This document shows, one piece after another, positions 10,246 through 20,427 of a stretch of DNA of 64,000 nucleotides. The notes below the pieces were generated by a model, which made no database searches, was not told the DNA's origin, and saw only the letters and a list, made by a program, of their open reading frames with translations. Each line of letters opens with the position of its first letter. The first letter of the stretch is position 1. Origin of the DNA: Candidatus Pacearchaeota archaeon. Lineage in GTDB: Archaea > Nanobdellota > Nanobdellia > Pacearchaeales > GW2011-AR1. The DNA lies in assembly GCA_018303755.1 (NCBI GenBank), contig JAGVXO010000007.1:295-64294 (forward strand), given 5' to 3'. Made by a program: the position numbers and the translations under genes.

Positions 10246-10296
10246 ATAAAGATGAATTCTGCATTATTTATCAAACTTTGCTTTTTAGGATTACTT

Positions 10297-10600
10297 TGCT
10301 CGCTCGTTTCACTCGCTCTGCTCGCGATTGTGCTCACATTGTTTAAAACTTTAATTACATTCGTCCAATCGCTCGCCCAACGATTTTGGCTCGCTCCGCT
10401 CACTTATTTATTCTCCTGCAAACCCTTAATCCCTTGGCACATTGGAATTTATGTATATCACAAAACCCTTTGAGTATACTCCACACTAAAGTGTGGAGTT
10501 TGTGTTTGGGTTTTGGGAGAACCGGGAAAAATCTATACATTTTAACTCCAATCTATGAACAAAGGTAAAATAAGGAAAAGTTATAGGGTGTTAGAAGAAT
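10297..10600 (-). repeat. family A repeat with module C hairpin, interrupted by a family B element
   Basis: minus strand CTAACACCCTATAACTTTTCCTTATTTTACCTTTGTTCAT...GGGTTTGCAGGAGAATAAATAAGTGAGCGGAGCGAGCC. Confidence 0.8.
10457..10554 (-). mobile_element. family B non-autonomous IS200/IS605-like palindromic element, 5'-truncated copy
   Basis: near-identical to the reverse complement of 45040-45138; hairpin CTCCACACTAAAGTGTGGAG. Confidence 0.75.
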
Positions 10601-10656
10601 TAAATATCCTTAATCCTTCTAAGAATGTTTAAAAACATCCTTGTCTTTTTGAGGCT

Positions 10657-11856
10657 ATGGTCCAAAGGAAAATTCTGAAAAACGGAATGACTGTGCTTTT
10701 TAAGAAGAAAAGAGGAGGAGTTGTAAGTGTTGCTTTTGCTGTTAGAAACGGCGGAAGAAATGAGGTTGCTAAGGAAAAAGGAATATCTCATTTTATTGAG
10801 CATATGCTTTACAAAGGTACGCCAAAAAGGAACAGCATGCAGATTTCAGCAGAGATTGAGAAAAATGGAGGGGAGCTAAACGGATTTACGAGCGAGAGGA
10901 TGACGGCTTTCTGGTGCAAGATGCCGAGCAGGCATATTAAGGTTGCTCTTGATGTTTTAAGTGATATGGTGAAAAATCCGCTTTTTGATGAAAATGAATT
11001 GAATAAAGAGCGGAAGGTTATTTTTGAAGAAATGAAATTATACCACGATACACCAAGCAGGTATACTGCTGAAAAAATAAAATCTTTGATGTATAGAGGA
11101 GATTTTTCAGTTCCAATCATAGGCACAGAAAGCTCAATGAATTCTATTTCCAGAAAAAAACTTACTGAATTCTTTAAAAAAGTTTATGCCAGCGAGAACA
11201 TGATTCTTTGTGTTGTCGGAGATACAGATTTTAGAAAAGTATGCAGTTTTGCAGAAAATAATTTTATCAAAAAAAGCGGGAAAGTTGCAAAGCCAAAAAT
11301 AATCCTTTCAAATAGTAAACAAATAGAGAGAAGAAATGGAATTGACCAGGCGAATCTTGTTTTTGCCCACCATATTCCTCTTCCAAATAAAAAAGGATAT
11401 TATTCTGCACAGGTATTGAATATGATTATGGCCGGCGGCATGTCTTCAAGGCTTTTTTCAGAAATACGCGAGAAAAGAAATCTTGCATATTCTATAAGAG
11501 GAGAGACAGATTCAGAGGGAGAGTATGCTTATAGTCTTATTGCTGTTGGAACTCCTCCAGAAAATGTTCAAAAAATTGAAAGGCTGATAGTTGAAGAGTT
11601 TAAGAAAGTCTCTGAAAAGCTTTCAGAAAAAGAGCTGTCAGAAGTTAAGGAGCAAATTATCGGGAATTATCTGATTTATCAGGAAGATTCTTTTAATGTT
11701 CTTGCAAATTTGCTTATGGAAGAGATAAAAGGGAATGCGCTTAATGCTGAGAAGTTCATTGACAATATAAAGAAAGTGAAACTAAGTGAAGTTAAAAAAC
11801 TTGCAAAAATTAAAAAATATAGTTTTTTTGCGCTTGTGCCTGATAAGCACAAGTAA
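10657..11856 (+). CDS. M16B (pitrilysin/insulinase family) zinc peptidase
   Basis: GISHFIEHMLYKGT, NGFTS, GGMSSRLFSEIREKRNLAY. Confidence 0.93.
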   Translation: MVQRKILKNGMTVLFKKKRGGVVSVAFAVRNGGRNEVAKEKGISHFIEHMLYKGTPKRNSMQISAEIEKNGGELNGFTSERMTAFWCKMPSRHIKVALDVLSDMVKNPLFDENELNKERKVIFEEMKLYHDTPSRYTAEKIKSLMYRGDFSVPIIGTESSMNSISRKKLTEFFKKVYASENMILCVVGDTDFRKVCSFAENNFIKKSGKVAKPKIILSNSKQIERRNGIDQANLVFAHHIPLPNKKGYYSAQVLNMIMAGGMSSRLFSEIREKRNLAYSIRGETDSEGEYAYSLIAVGTPPENVQKIERLIVEEFKKVSEKLSEKELSEVKEQIIGNYLIYQEDSFNVLANLLMEEIKGNALNAEKFIDNIKKVKLSEVKKLAKIKKYSFFALVPDKHK

Positions 11857-11914
11857 ATTTGTCCTATTTTTAATGAACCAAAAGGTTTAAACTTGTTCTT
11901 GTATATGTGCTTCT

Positions 11915-12154
11915 ATGGCAATTAAGAATATCTCTATAACTAAAGAGGCATATAGCAGGCCTGCTCGTCTTAAAAAGAACAAGGAACGTTTTTCAGAAAT
12001 TATAGTAAAGATTACCCGAAAAACGAGATTAGAAGATTTTTTTGGAATTTTGTCTAAAGATGCAGGCAGAAAATTAGGAGAGAATATACTTTTTTTAAAA
12101 ACAGAAAGAATAAGAGAATATCAAAAACGACACAAGAAATATAATTCATTTTGA
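11915..12154 (+). CDS. archaeal VapB-type antitoxin (orphan)
   Basis: KNISITKEAYSR..RLKK..ERFSEII...LEDFFGILS; no adjacent PIN toxin. Confidence 0.7.
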   Translation: MAIKNISITKEAYSRPARLKKNKERFSEIIVKITRKTRLEDFFGILSKDAGRKLGENILFLKTERIREYQKRHKKYNSF

Positions 12155-12192
12155 GAAAATAAACGGATTAAAAATTGAAGGATATTAAATAT

Positions 12193-12561
12193 TCATTTAT
12201 TCGCATCAGTCAATCCGATTATTCCACCAATTAATGCAAGGATTCCTATAATATTTCCGATTCCAATTACTCCTATGATTATTGCCCAGATTGCGCCGTT
12301 TCTGGCAGTTTTGGCATTAAGCATTTTTCTTGATGAAATCAGCAGAATACATCCGATAAGAATGATTACTAGAGAAATTAATATGCCCAAGATAAATATG
12401 GCTATTGGAAGAAAGGGATGAGAAACTTCTGCATTCGGAAGTTTTCTTATATAATTAATAAATAATGAAATTACCAGGGCTACAAAGAGAACTATTCCTG
12501 CAATTACAAAATTAATAATTGCAGCGATTTTTGTCAGCGAAGCACCTGTTTCGCTTTTCAT
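12193..12561 (-). CDS. small membrane protein (DUF4064-like)
   Basis: 3-4 hydrophobic helices, GILALIGGIIG end. Confidence 0.6.
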   Translation of the reverse strand: MKSETGASLTKIAAIINFVIAGIVLFVALVISLFINYIRKLPNAEVSHPFLPIAIFILGILISLVIILIGCILLISSRKMLNAKTARNGAIWAIIIGVIGIGNIIGILALIGGIIGLTDANK

Positions 12562-12611
12562 AAATAGGTTAATAAACAGAAGTTTATAAATTCTTTTAAT
12601 TTGAATTTAAG

Positions 12612-13427
12612 ATGATGTTGGTTAAAATTCCTATTGAAAGCAGTAAAGAATCTGCTGGATGCAGAGAGGCGGGAAATGCAGTTATTTCCCAGATACCTGC
12701 AAATTATTCAAATGAGACTGGCAAAAATTTTTCCAAATTTGATTTAAATATTGAAGAAATCCACTTAGATAATTCAAAACTTAAACAGGCGCATGCGCTT
12801 ATTTATGAAAATTCTATTGAGCTGATAGAAACAAATAAAAAAGTGGTTTTTCTCGGAGGAGACCACTCACTGACTTTTTCAACTGCTCTTGCATTTAAAG
12901 AGGTTTGTGATAATGAAAACAAGCAGAATAGAGAGGATAAAGAGCCATTTTTAATTATTTTTGACGCCCATGCTGATTGCGAAGAGTATTCGGGCATTCC
13001 GAACAGCAGGCAGTGGCTTAGAGCCTTAATTGAAAAAGGGTTTAATGCAGAGAAAATTATCTTAGCAGGATTTAGAACCGGAGATTCTGAAGAAATAGCT
13101 TTTTTAAAAAGTGCAGGAGCCAGAATTTATGCAATGAAAGATATGAACGATTTTGAAGAATTATGCGATATTATTATGGAGCTTGCGAGAGAGAATAATA
13201 TTTATCTTTCAATTGATATTGATGCTGCTGATGCTGTTTTTGTTCCAGGCACGGCTCATCCCGAAAGCGCAGGACTTACTTCAAGACAGCTCGTTTATTT
13301 TGTGCAAAGGATTAGTATGCTTAAAAATCTGAGAGTTGTTGATATTACTGAGATTAATCCTAAGAAAGATATAAAAGAAGCAACGGTTAAATTTGGAGCA
13401 AAAATCGCAATTGAGGTTTTAAATTGA
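12612..13427 (+). CDS. arginase/agmatinase-family ureohydrolase
   Basis: GGDHSLT, DAHAD, SIDIDAAD, PGT..P..GL, DITEINP. Confidence 0.9.
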   Translation: MMLVKIPIESSKESAGCREAGNAVISQIPANYSNETGKNFSKFDLNIEEIHLDNSKLKQAHALIYENSIELIETNKKVVFLGGDHSLTFSTALAFKEVCDNENKQNREDKEPFLIIFDAHADCEEYSGIPNSRQWLRALIEKGFNAEKIILAGFRTGDSEEIAFLKSAGARIYAMKDMNDFEELCDIIMELARENNIYLSIDIDAADAVFVPGTAHPESAGLTSRQLVYFVQRISMLKNLRVVDITEINPKKDIKEATVKFGAKIAIEVLN

Positions 13428-13963
13428 GGGCGTTTATATCCCTCGAACTTCCCGAAAATATAAAAAAAGAAATTGTAAAAATACAGAAATATATTGAGAA
13501 ACTTGGGATTTTAAAAGGAAAATACACTGAAGAGGAAAATTTGCATCTTACTTTAAAATTTTTGGGAGAGATTGATGAAAAAGAAGCTGAAAGAGCGGCA
13601 AATCTTTTGAAAAATGTTAAATTCAAAAAGTTTAAGAGTAAATTAGGGCTTTTGGGAGTTTTTTCAGAACAGGAGATTAGAATTGTTTGGATCGAACTCA
13701 AAGGAGAAGGAATTTTGGAATTGCAGAAACAGATAGATGATGTGTTATCTCCTATGTTTCCTAGAGAAGAAAGATTTATGCCCCATATTACAGTAATAAG
13801 GCCGAAGTATGTTGAAAACAGAAGAGTTTTTTTGGATAAGTTAAAAGAGATAAAATTTGAAAAATCAGAGTTTGAGGCAGATAGTTTCTGTTTTAAAAAA
13901 TCTGAACTCAATAAAAAAGGCGCAGTTTATTCAGATTTTGGTGTGTTTAAAACTACAGATTGA
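13424..13963 (+). CDS. thpR: RNA 2',3'-cyclic phosphodiesterase (2'-5' RNA ligase family)
   Basis: MRAFISL, NLHLTLKFLGE, FMPHITV (two HxT motifs). Confidence 0.92.
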   Translation: MRAFISLELPENIKKEIVKIQKYIEKLGILKGKYTEEENLHLTLKFLGEIDEKEAERAANLLKNVKFKKFKSKLGLLGVFSEQEIRIVWIELKGEGILELQKQIDDVLSPMFPREERFMPHITVIRPKYVENRRVFLDKLKEIKFEKSEFEADSFCFKKSELNKKGAVYSDFGVFKTTD

Positions 13964-14070
13964 AAAATATAATTAATAAAGAATTTCTTGATTTATAAGT
14001 TTATTGGAATTTAATAAATATTTTCTACTGCATATTATTTTTTATACTCCTACTATTTTTAATTATTTTA

Positions 14071-14385
14071 ATGTTTTGTTGTGATAATGCAAACCTTTTA
14101 AGGAGTTTAAATCACGAAGGATATGATTGCAGGGGATTTGTTTTTTATGGGGGTTCTGCTGAAATCCGTCAGCAGTTTGAATCTGAAATGAGAAAACAAC
14201 TTGCTGGAAGAGAATCAGAATATGTTGTTTTATGCTCTGAAGTCCGTCCATTTGATTACCTTATTAAATGGTTTAATCCTAAGGAACCAAAAAATCCCGG
14301 TGTAATGGGGGTTGATGTTGGTTATTTTATTAAGAATGGCGTTCCGTTGATGAATCATACAGATATCCAGAGAGTCCAAAGATAA
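14071..14385 (+). CDS. hypothetical protein
   Basis: 104 aa ORF with normal composition; 3' end overlaps the ERCC4 gene. Confidence 0.4.
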   Translation: MFCCDNANLLRSLNHEGYDCRGFVFYGGSAEIRQQFESEMRKQLAGRESEYVVLCSEVRPFDYLIKWFNPKEPKNPGVMGVDVGYFIKNGVPLMNHTDIQRVQR

Positions 14386-15037
14386 ACGCTTTTTTCCCTA
14401 TAACTTTTTCCAGTTCTTCTTTTGAGGCATTTATTATATTCTTTATTGAGCCGAAATGCTCGAGAAGCTTTTTTGCATTTTTCGGGCCTATGCCTGGAAA
14501 ACTTTCTATGATATATTGAGTTTGCTCTTTTGGATTTCTTGATTTTCTTTTTAGGTTTGCGCTTTTTTCAGAAGAATTTTCTTTTTTATTGTATAAAACC
14601 TTTATGAATTCTGCTGTATCTTCATAATCTTTTGTGAAAATAATCGGAATTTTTCTTTTTAGCAGAATTGAGAGAATAAAGCCCCTTACTGCATTTTCAT
14701 TTATTCCAGAAGAGTATAAATCTTTTTCATCTGTGCCTTCAATTATCAGAAGCTTTTCTTTGTTTTCATATTGCATAAGAGTATCTAACTGGGATTCCAT
14801 TCTTTTGTTTATCATTGAAGAGAGAAAATCACCGATTGTTTTTCTTTCGATTATTACTTCTTTTACAATATAATCCCCTACTTCAAGATGCACAAAGTTT
14901 ATTTGACATCCTAAGCGCACGAGCTCGCTTGCAACAAGCGCGTTTTTTTCCCTATCATCAATTAGAATTTCCGGTTTATCCAAATCCTGTTCTTCTAGTT
15001 TTCTTTTCTCAGATTTTTCAAATATATTCTCGAACAT
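14330..15037 (-). CDS. ERCC4/XPF nuclease with HhH domain (stand-alone Hef nuclease half)
   Basis: IDDRE, LEVGDY, IERKT, LIIEG, FPGIGPKNAKKLLEHFGS. Confidence 0.92.
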   Translation of the reverse strand: MFENIFEKSEKRKLEEQDLDKPEILIDDREKNALVASELVRLGCQINFVHLEVGDYIVKEVIIERKTIGDFLSSMINKRMESQLDTLMQYENKEKLLIIEGTDEKDLYSSGINENAVRGFILSILLKRKIPIIFTKDYEDTAEFIKVLYNKKENSSEKSANLKRKSRNPKEQTQYIIESFPGIGPKNAKKLLEHFGSIKNIINASKEELEKVIGKKAFIFGLSGYLYDSSTERHS

Positions 15038-15087
15038 TTTTTTAAGAAGGGTTATGCCTTTTTATCTTTAACTGCACTTTTTATTTT

Positions 15088-15260
15088 TTAAACATCCCCA
15101 TAACTTTTCCTTATTTTACATCTTTTCATTAAAGTTTTCTTTTTTATTTAATATCTCATTAAAAATCATAAAGTCTAATGAACAAATGGACGACAGATTT
15201 GCAGAATTAGATAAGTGAGCGGAGCGAACCAAATTAAGGCGAGCCCGAATGGGCGAGCCG
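15088..15260 (+). repeat. family A repeat
   Basis: left and right blocks plus GTGAGCGGAGCGAAC and GGCGAGCCCGAATGGGCGAGCC; closely similar to 28295-28432. Confidence 0.85.
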
Positions 15261-15330
15261 ATAATTCCATTATTCAAATAAAAAATCACAACCGAAATAT
15301 TTATAACTCCCCCCCTTAAATTGTTAATCT
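15251..15330 (+). promoter_or_regulatory. duplicated promoter block with TATA box and poly-C tract
   Basis: identical to 29870-29934 up to the C run; CCGAAATATTTATAAC BRE/TATA-like element, then C7. Confidence 0.7.
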
Positions 15331-15385
15331 TGCTTTCATAACGATAAAGCAGGAATTTTAAAATTGAGTGAAAGGAGGTGATAAA

Positions 15386-16540
15386 ATGAAAAGCAAAGAA
15401 TGGGTTGGAGTGATTGCTGTTGTTGCAGTTGCGTTTGCAATTGCTTGGGTTTCTGCGAATTTAGATGTTTTAACTAATTCAGGAATACTGCAAAGCCCGC
15501 CTTCTGGTAATGATATAAATGTGACTCCGAGAGAGAATCAGACATATTCCTTTATTATGGGGGGAGATAGGTATGATTATAGATTTGGGATGAATAGTGT
15601 TAAGATTCCATATAGTATTGACTTGTCTATTAATGATCCTTTTGCTCAGGAATCCTTTATGAAAAGATTATCTTTTGCAGGGAATGATACTAATAATTTG
15701 AGTTATGCTTATTTTGGATTCCAAAAGATAATAATAAAGGCAAATCTTGTAAAAGTTCATGATACTTGGGCGAAGAAATGGTTTGTTAATTTAACCTTTA
15801 AAGATGCAACAAATGATCCGAATGCACCTTATACGAAAATTGATGGATGTAATCGTATAGATGAAGTAATCATTGATAAAACTCAGGAGCTTACTGATAA
15901 AGGAAGGATTGTTGTGATAGAAGAAATGAGCCCGGTATATTACGGGAATTACTTTATTGCTCCTGGAGATACTAATGGAACTGACGCAGGGATATATAAA
16001 ATAACTACACTTTCAAACTCTTCTACAGAATTCCATTTAGTGCTTACTGATGTGTTTGACACAGCAAATACTTTTGAGGTTACTGACTCTACTGGAGATG
16101 GAATTGCAAGTATCTATATAATGGGAAAACAATATGAGGTTTACTATGCATTTACTTCCTCAACCCTTCCAATTGAAAGGGCTGTTAAATTTGATTTTTC
16201 GCAAACAATAGGACATCAGATTATGGATTTCAGCAAGTGTGCTAATGCACAAGAGAATTATGTTGGTGTTTTGAAAATGTTGAATGAGTGCGATTTAAGA
16301 TTCGTAGACGATTCTTTTTTTAGAAATCAAACGGCTCACATTTCTTGCGATCAAAAATGCCGAGAATCTGGTCAAGTATGTACTGAAGCATATGGTTATC
16401 TATTTAATGGGACAGATGAAGATTCAGAAGATTTTAGAGTAATAACTACTAGGGTTCTTTGTCAGGCACAGGCTTCATCTTCTGATGTTCTGGGTGGGTA
16501 TCCTTTTTTAGAATTAATGTGCAACTGCTGTGGAGATTAA
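15386..16540 (+). CDS. secreted/surface protein with Cys-rich C-terminus
   Basis: SD GGAGGTGA before ATG 15386; N-terminal TM; many NxS/T sites; SCDQKC...C...CNCC. Confidence 0.75.
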   Translation: MKSKEWVGVIAVVAVAFAIAWVSANLDVLTNSGILQSPPSGNDINVTPRENQTYSFIMGGDRYDYRFGMNSVKIPYSIDLSINDPFAQESFMKRLSFAGNDTNNLSYAYFGFQKIIIKANLVKVHDTWAKKWFVNLTFKDATNDPNAPYTKIDGCNRIDEVIIDKTQELTDKGRIVVIEEMSPVYYGNYFIAPGDTNGTDAGIYKITTLSNSSTEFHLVLTDVFDTANTFEVTDSTGDGIASIYIMGKQYEVYYAFTSSTLPIERAVKFDFSQTIGHQIMDFSKCANAQENYVGVLKMLNECDLRFVDDSFFRNQTAHISCDQKCRESGQVCTEAYGYLFNGTDEDSEDFRVITTRVLCQAQASSSDVLGGYPFLELMCNCCGD

Positions 16541-16616
16541 TTAATCTTTAATTTTTATTTTTCTTCTTTTCTTTTTTATTCAATCAGCTTCTGCTGTGCG
16601 TCTTTTTCTCTTTTTT

Positions 16617-19600
16617 TTATATTAATTTTTTTTGTATTTCTTCTTCATCTTTTTTATTTTCGTCTGCGCTTTTTCCTTCACTTTCTATTTCTTCATCCTG
16701 CGCTTTTGCATTAAATGTTCCGTCCTGCATTTCCTGTTTTATTGAGCTTATGGCGTTGTGCATTCTTTTTTCCTTGTGATAAGCGGCCCAGTAATATGCT
16801 TCGTCTCTTGTGTCTTTTGTTATAAGCATTATCAACTCTCCTGGCATTAATCTTGCTGTTCTTCCTGCTCTCTGAATTTTTCTTATTGCGCTTGGAACTG
16901 GCTCGTAAAAAATAACTGTATCAACTTCAGGTATATCAAGCCCCTCTTCTCCTATCTGGGTGCTGACTAAGACATTGAATTTTCCGTCGGAAAAGTCAGA
17001 GATTATTTCTCTTTGCTCTTTTTGGCTTAGTCCTGTATCTCCTTTTTTTGCCTGCCCTACAAAAACTTTTGCACTTGCATTTTCAATCGAATTAATTTCC
17101 TTGCATATTTTTGTCACGCTGTCACGATACTGCGAAAAAACAATTATTTTCGGGTTTTTGATTGAGCTTATTTTTGATTCTATAATTGCTTTTAGCTGAA
17201 GAAGTTTCGGATGCTCTAAATTTTCATTTATCATCTGCTTTATTTTTTCATATGCAATTGTAAAATCAGGATTGCTGACAAGCTTTTTTACAGCTCTGCT
17301 TTTATTCTGCCTTGCCTGTTCATTCAGAGATTCAATATAATTATTTAATCCATAAAGTGTTTGGGTTTCAAGAAGTTCAATTGCATGTCCGATTTTTATT
17401 GCCTGTGCGCATAATGACGCTCCATAGAACAAATTAAAATTTTTACTTCCTCTTGAAATCATAGCCATTATTCTTTTCTGGCAGTCTAACAAAGCGATTT
17501 TGTTTGCGGGCCCATTAAGGATATTTTTTTCTTTAAGCGAATTTATGTTTTTATCATAAATGTTTTTCAAATGAACTTTAATTTCTTTGAATTTTTGCGG
17601 AAATTCCACTTTTATTGTGTTTATGTCAAGTTCCTGCAAATATTCTTTCAAGTCTTCGCTTTCTCGTGTTCTTATTTCAACTTCTTCAATATTCAGATTT
17701 TCACAAATGAGTTTTATTGACTTTTTGTCTGCGCCAGGCGAGGCAGTAAGTCCCAAAATCCTCGCATTTTTCGCCTGCTCGATATACTTTTTCGCAACAT
17801 AAGTGTAGCTGTAATTTTTCACGCATTTATGCGCTTCGTCTTCTATAAGCAGAGAAACTCCTTCTAAATCATATAGTTTTTTCTTTAAATCATTGGCAAT
17901 GCAATTATGGTTTACTAAATAATTTGCTATAAAATTATGGTGTTTATCAACGCTTAAATCATACACTTCTCTTTTTTCTCGACACCCTCTTTTTTCTTTA
18001 ATCTTCACCCACCTTATTGGAAGGTTGAGAAGTTCTTTCAATTTATTGGCACTTTCTCCCTCTAAACAAGAGGATAGCTTTTTTAAATTATCCAAGGACA
18101 GGCAACTAAATTTATAATATTCTGCTTTGCTCATATTAGACTTATGAATTTTTTTCATTAATTCTGGAATAGGCAGTATTTCTTTTGAGCGTGTTTCTGG
18201 TCTTTTTGTATTGTTTAAGGTTTCTATTAGTTTTTTACATTTTTCTTTGTTTGGAGAGGACTCAAGAAATTTTTTTAAATTCAGCCTTCCTGTGAATTTG
18301 AATGTAAAAATTTCAGATTCTTTTAAATGTCTTCCATTTATCGTTCCATGAGATTTTGTTTTTTCAATATTGCCAAGAATGCCTATTCTTAAAAATAGCC
18401 ACTTTAGTCCCTGCACAAATTTTTCGCTTACACTGGATATTGATACTCCGTATTTTGATGCATGGCCATCTGTGTCAAATATTCCTTTGATAAATCCATT
18501 TATAGAATCTTTATCTGCGAAAAATAAAAATTTTGGAATTTCAATTCTTCTTGCTTTTTTTCCTTTTGGGATTCCAAGATGCGAGAAGAAATGTGCGAGA
18601 GCAGAGTTATAAGCAATAAGCCCTTTAGTTTTATCTTTCTTCATTTCAATTCCAAAAACTTCTTTAACTGCCTCTTTAAATTCTTGAGAGATTGATTCTC
18701 TTTCTAATTCTGAGAGGACCACTTCAGACCCATGACCTATCCTATCTCCAATATGTCCATCACCAAACATCGCACCTAAGATATATGCTAATTTATTGTC
18801 TAACTTTTTAGGGAGCTTTATTGGAGAACTTTTTCCGCAGCTATCTGTAAGTGTCAATAAGCTATAATCAAAATCTATTTTTTTTGATAGTTCTAGGAAA
18901 AGTTTTATGGGCATGAAGTTATAAAAATATCTTGAATAAGGCGAGGTTTTAATTTTCTTCTCTTTTAACTTCTTTATTAAGTCTTTTGTAAGAGCAGTAT
19001 CTGCTATTTTTAAACATTCACTCGAAGAGAGGAGATTTAAAATGTCGAGATTTTTTTCTTCTATATCTATCTTCTTTGAAGATGCAATGTAATCTCCTTT
19101 ATTTAGGCTTGACGCTTCCTTCCAAATTAATTCTCCACATGGGCTTATTGTTAAAAGAGGGTGGTCTTTTGTACACAAGAGGGTATTTCCTATTTCGGTT
19201 TTTATATTAATTACTTCTTCGGTTGTCCTTTTCCATGCTTTTGTTGCCTTTAAGAAATCAATTTTTTGCCCATTGTAACCCAGAATTTTTTCATTTATCT
19301 CAGCGACTTCTATTTTTCCATTTAGATAGTTCTTTTCTTCGAAATTAAATTGTTTGAAGAAATCTGAAATTTTTATCGGACCTTCTCCAGTGAATATTAA
19401 TGTTCCGCCATCAATGCACTGCGGAGTTGAAAATATAATGTCTGTTCTCTGCCATATTTTTTTTCTTTTTTCTGCATCAACTTTTCCTGTAAAAAGCTCC
19501 ATTTGAGCAAACAGCTCTGGAAGATATTTTTTAAAATAAGCAATATGCTGTTCTGCGAGCGGGCGTGTTGGAGCAAGAAAAAGAATTTTCTCCTCTGGAA

Positions 19601-19760
19601 ATTTCTGCATCCTATGTATTGTGAGAAGCAATGCAACAAGAGTTTTTCCTATGCCTGTAGGCAGGACTACTAAACAGTTTTTTTCTTTGCATTTTTCAAA
19701 TATCTTTTTTTGATATTCTCTTGGATTTATATCTTTTAAAAATTTCTCTTCTGGCATCAT
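16617..19760 (-). CDS. hef: Hef/MPH1-like SF2 helicase (no fused nuclease) with an intein
   Basis: PREYQ, LPTGIGKT, LAPTRPL, DEAH, LTASPG, EEGLDIP, IQRAGRTAR. Confidence 0.93.
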   Translation of the reverse strand: MMPEEKFLKDINPREYQKKIFEKCKEKNCLVVLPTGIGKTLVALLLTIHRMQKFPEEKILFLAPTRPLAEQHIAYFKKYLPELFAQMELFTGKVDAEKRKKIWQRTDIIFSTPQCIDGGTLIFTGEGPIKISDFFKQFNFEEKNYLNGKIEVAEINEKILGYNGQKIDFLKATKAWKRTTEEVINIKTEIGNTLLCTKDHPLLTISPCGELIWKEASSLNKGDYIASSKKIDIEEKNLDILNLLSSSECLKIADTALTKDLIKKLKEKKIKTSPYSRYFYNFMPIKLFLELSKKIDFDYSLLTLTDSCGKSSPIKLPKKLDNKLAYILGAMFGDGHIGDRIGHGSEVVLSELERESISQEFKEAVKEVFGIEMKKDKTKGLIAYNSALAHFFSHLGIPKGKKARRIEIPKFLFFADKDSINGFIKGIFDTDGHASKYGVSISSVSEKFVQGLKWLFLRIGILGNIEKTKSHGTINGRHLKESEIFTFKFTGRLNLKKFLESSPNKEKCKKLIETLNNTKRPETRSKEILPIPELMKKIHKSNMSKAEYYKFSCLSLDNLKKLSSCLEGESANKLKELLNLPIRWVKIKEKRGCREKREVYDLSVDKHHNFIANYLVNHNCIANDLKKKLYDLEGVSLLIEDEAHKCVKNYSYTYVAKKYIEQAKNARILGLTASPGADKKSIKLICENLNIEEVEIRTRESEDLKEYLQELDINTIKVEFPQKFKEIKVHLKNIYDKNINSLKEKNILNGPANKIALLDCQKRIMAMISRGSKNFNLFYGASLCAQAIKIGHAIELLETQTLYGLNNYIESLNEQARQNKSRAVKKLVSNPDFTIAYEKIKQMINENLEHPKLLQLKAIIESKISSIKNPKIIVFSQYRDSVTKICKEINSIENASAKVFVGQAKKGDTGLSQKEQREIISDFSDGKFNVLVSTQIGEEGLDIPEVDTVIFYEPVPSAIRKIQRAGRTARLMPGELIMLITKDTRDEAYYWAAYHKEKRMHNAISSIKQEMQDGTFNAKAQDEEIESEGKSADENKKDEEEIQKKLI
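17904..19418 (-). mobile_element. intein (505 aa) with LAGLIDADG endonuclease in the Hef helicase
   Basis: STPQ|CIDGGT...TKDHP...LGAMFGDG...IKGIFDTDG...VYDLSV...NHN|CIAND. Confidence 0.92.
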
Positions 19761-19776
19761 TTTAAGGATTAGAAAA

Positions 19777-20427
19777 TTAAATCAGTAAAAAAGAATATGA
19801 AAGGAATATTGCGGTTATTGATGCTAAGATTATCCATAAAAGAGCTCTTTTTGATGCAAAAAATATTTTTGTTCCGTCGAGGTTGCTGAATGGAATCAAG
19901 GAAAATGCCGCGTAGTAAATACCTACTCTTGCAATCTCTGGAAAGTTTACAAGATATGCCAGAATCGAGAGCGCCAAACAGGCAATTACTCCTGATGCAG
20001 CAATAAGCCCGAGATGAATGTCAGTTATTTCTGTAAAGCTGAATAATCCATGCCTTTTGCTTGCTCTTGCACTTGTTCCTTCTGCGTCAAATTCCAGAAC
20101 TGCCATCCAGATTAATTTTCCAAAAGAGATTATTGGAATTATAAATGCGAGAATTATTCCGATAGGAATAGGCGTTTTGAGATATGCATCTCTTCTAAGT
20201 CCAAACCTTTGGAAATTCCAGGATTTATGCTCTATTGTAATTTCATAATAATAGGCAGTTATTTTTTTTGCAACAATACTTGTGAAAGCAACAAGTACAA
20301 TGCCTATAAGACTAAGAAAAATTGAGGCATAGTCTGGAGTTCGCGAGATAAACTGGAGATAATTAAATGTAAATAAAAGAACAATTATTGCCAAGAAAAT
20401 ATGCCCTCCTTCTTTTAGTTTAATCAT
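19777..20427 (-). CDS. site-2 protease (M50)-like membrane protein lacking HExxH
   Basis: multi-TM, IAASG, SLIPFSNLDGTKI motif; no HExxH. Confidence 0.6.
   Translation of the reverse strand: MIKLKEGGHIFLAIIVLLFTFNYLQFISRTPDYASIFLSLIGIVLVAFTSIVAKKITAYYYEITIEHKSWNFQRFGLRRDAYLKTPIPIGIILAFIIPIISFGKLIWMAVLEFDAEGTSARASKRHGLFSFTEITDIHLGLIAASGVIACLALSILAYLVNFPEIARVGIYYAAFSLIPFSNLDGTKIFFASKRALLWIILASITAIFLSYSFLLI

Noticed and set aside
10191-10568. Short ORFs across the 10.3-10.6 kb gap (likewise 55296-55499)
   Set aside because: They are translations of the family A/B repeats.
15088-15260. Integron attC interpretation of family A (it starts with YTAAC)
   Set aside because: No matching terminal GTTRRRY, no long end-to-end palindrome, and no integrase in the window.
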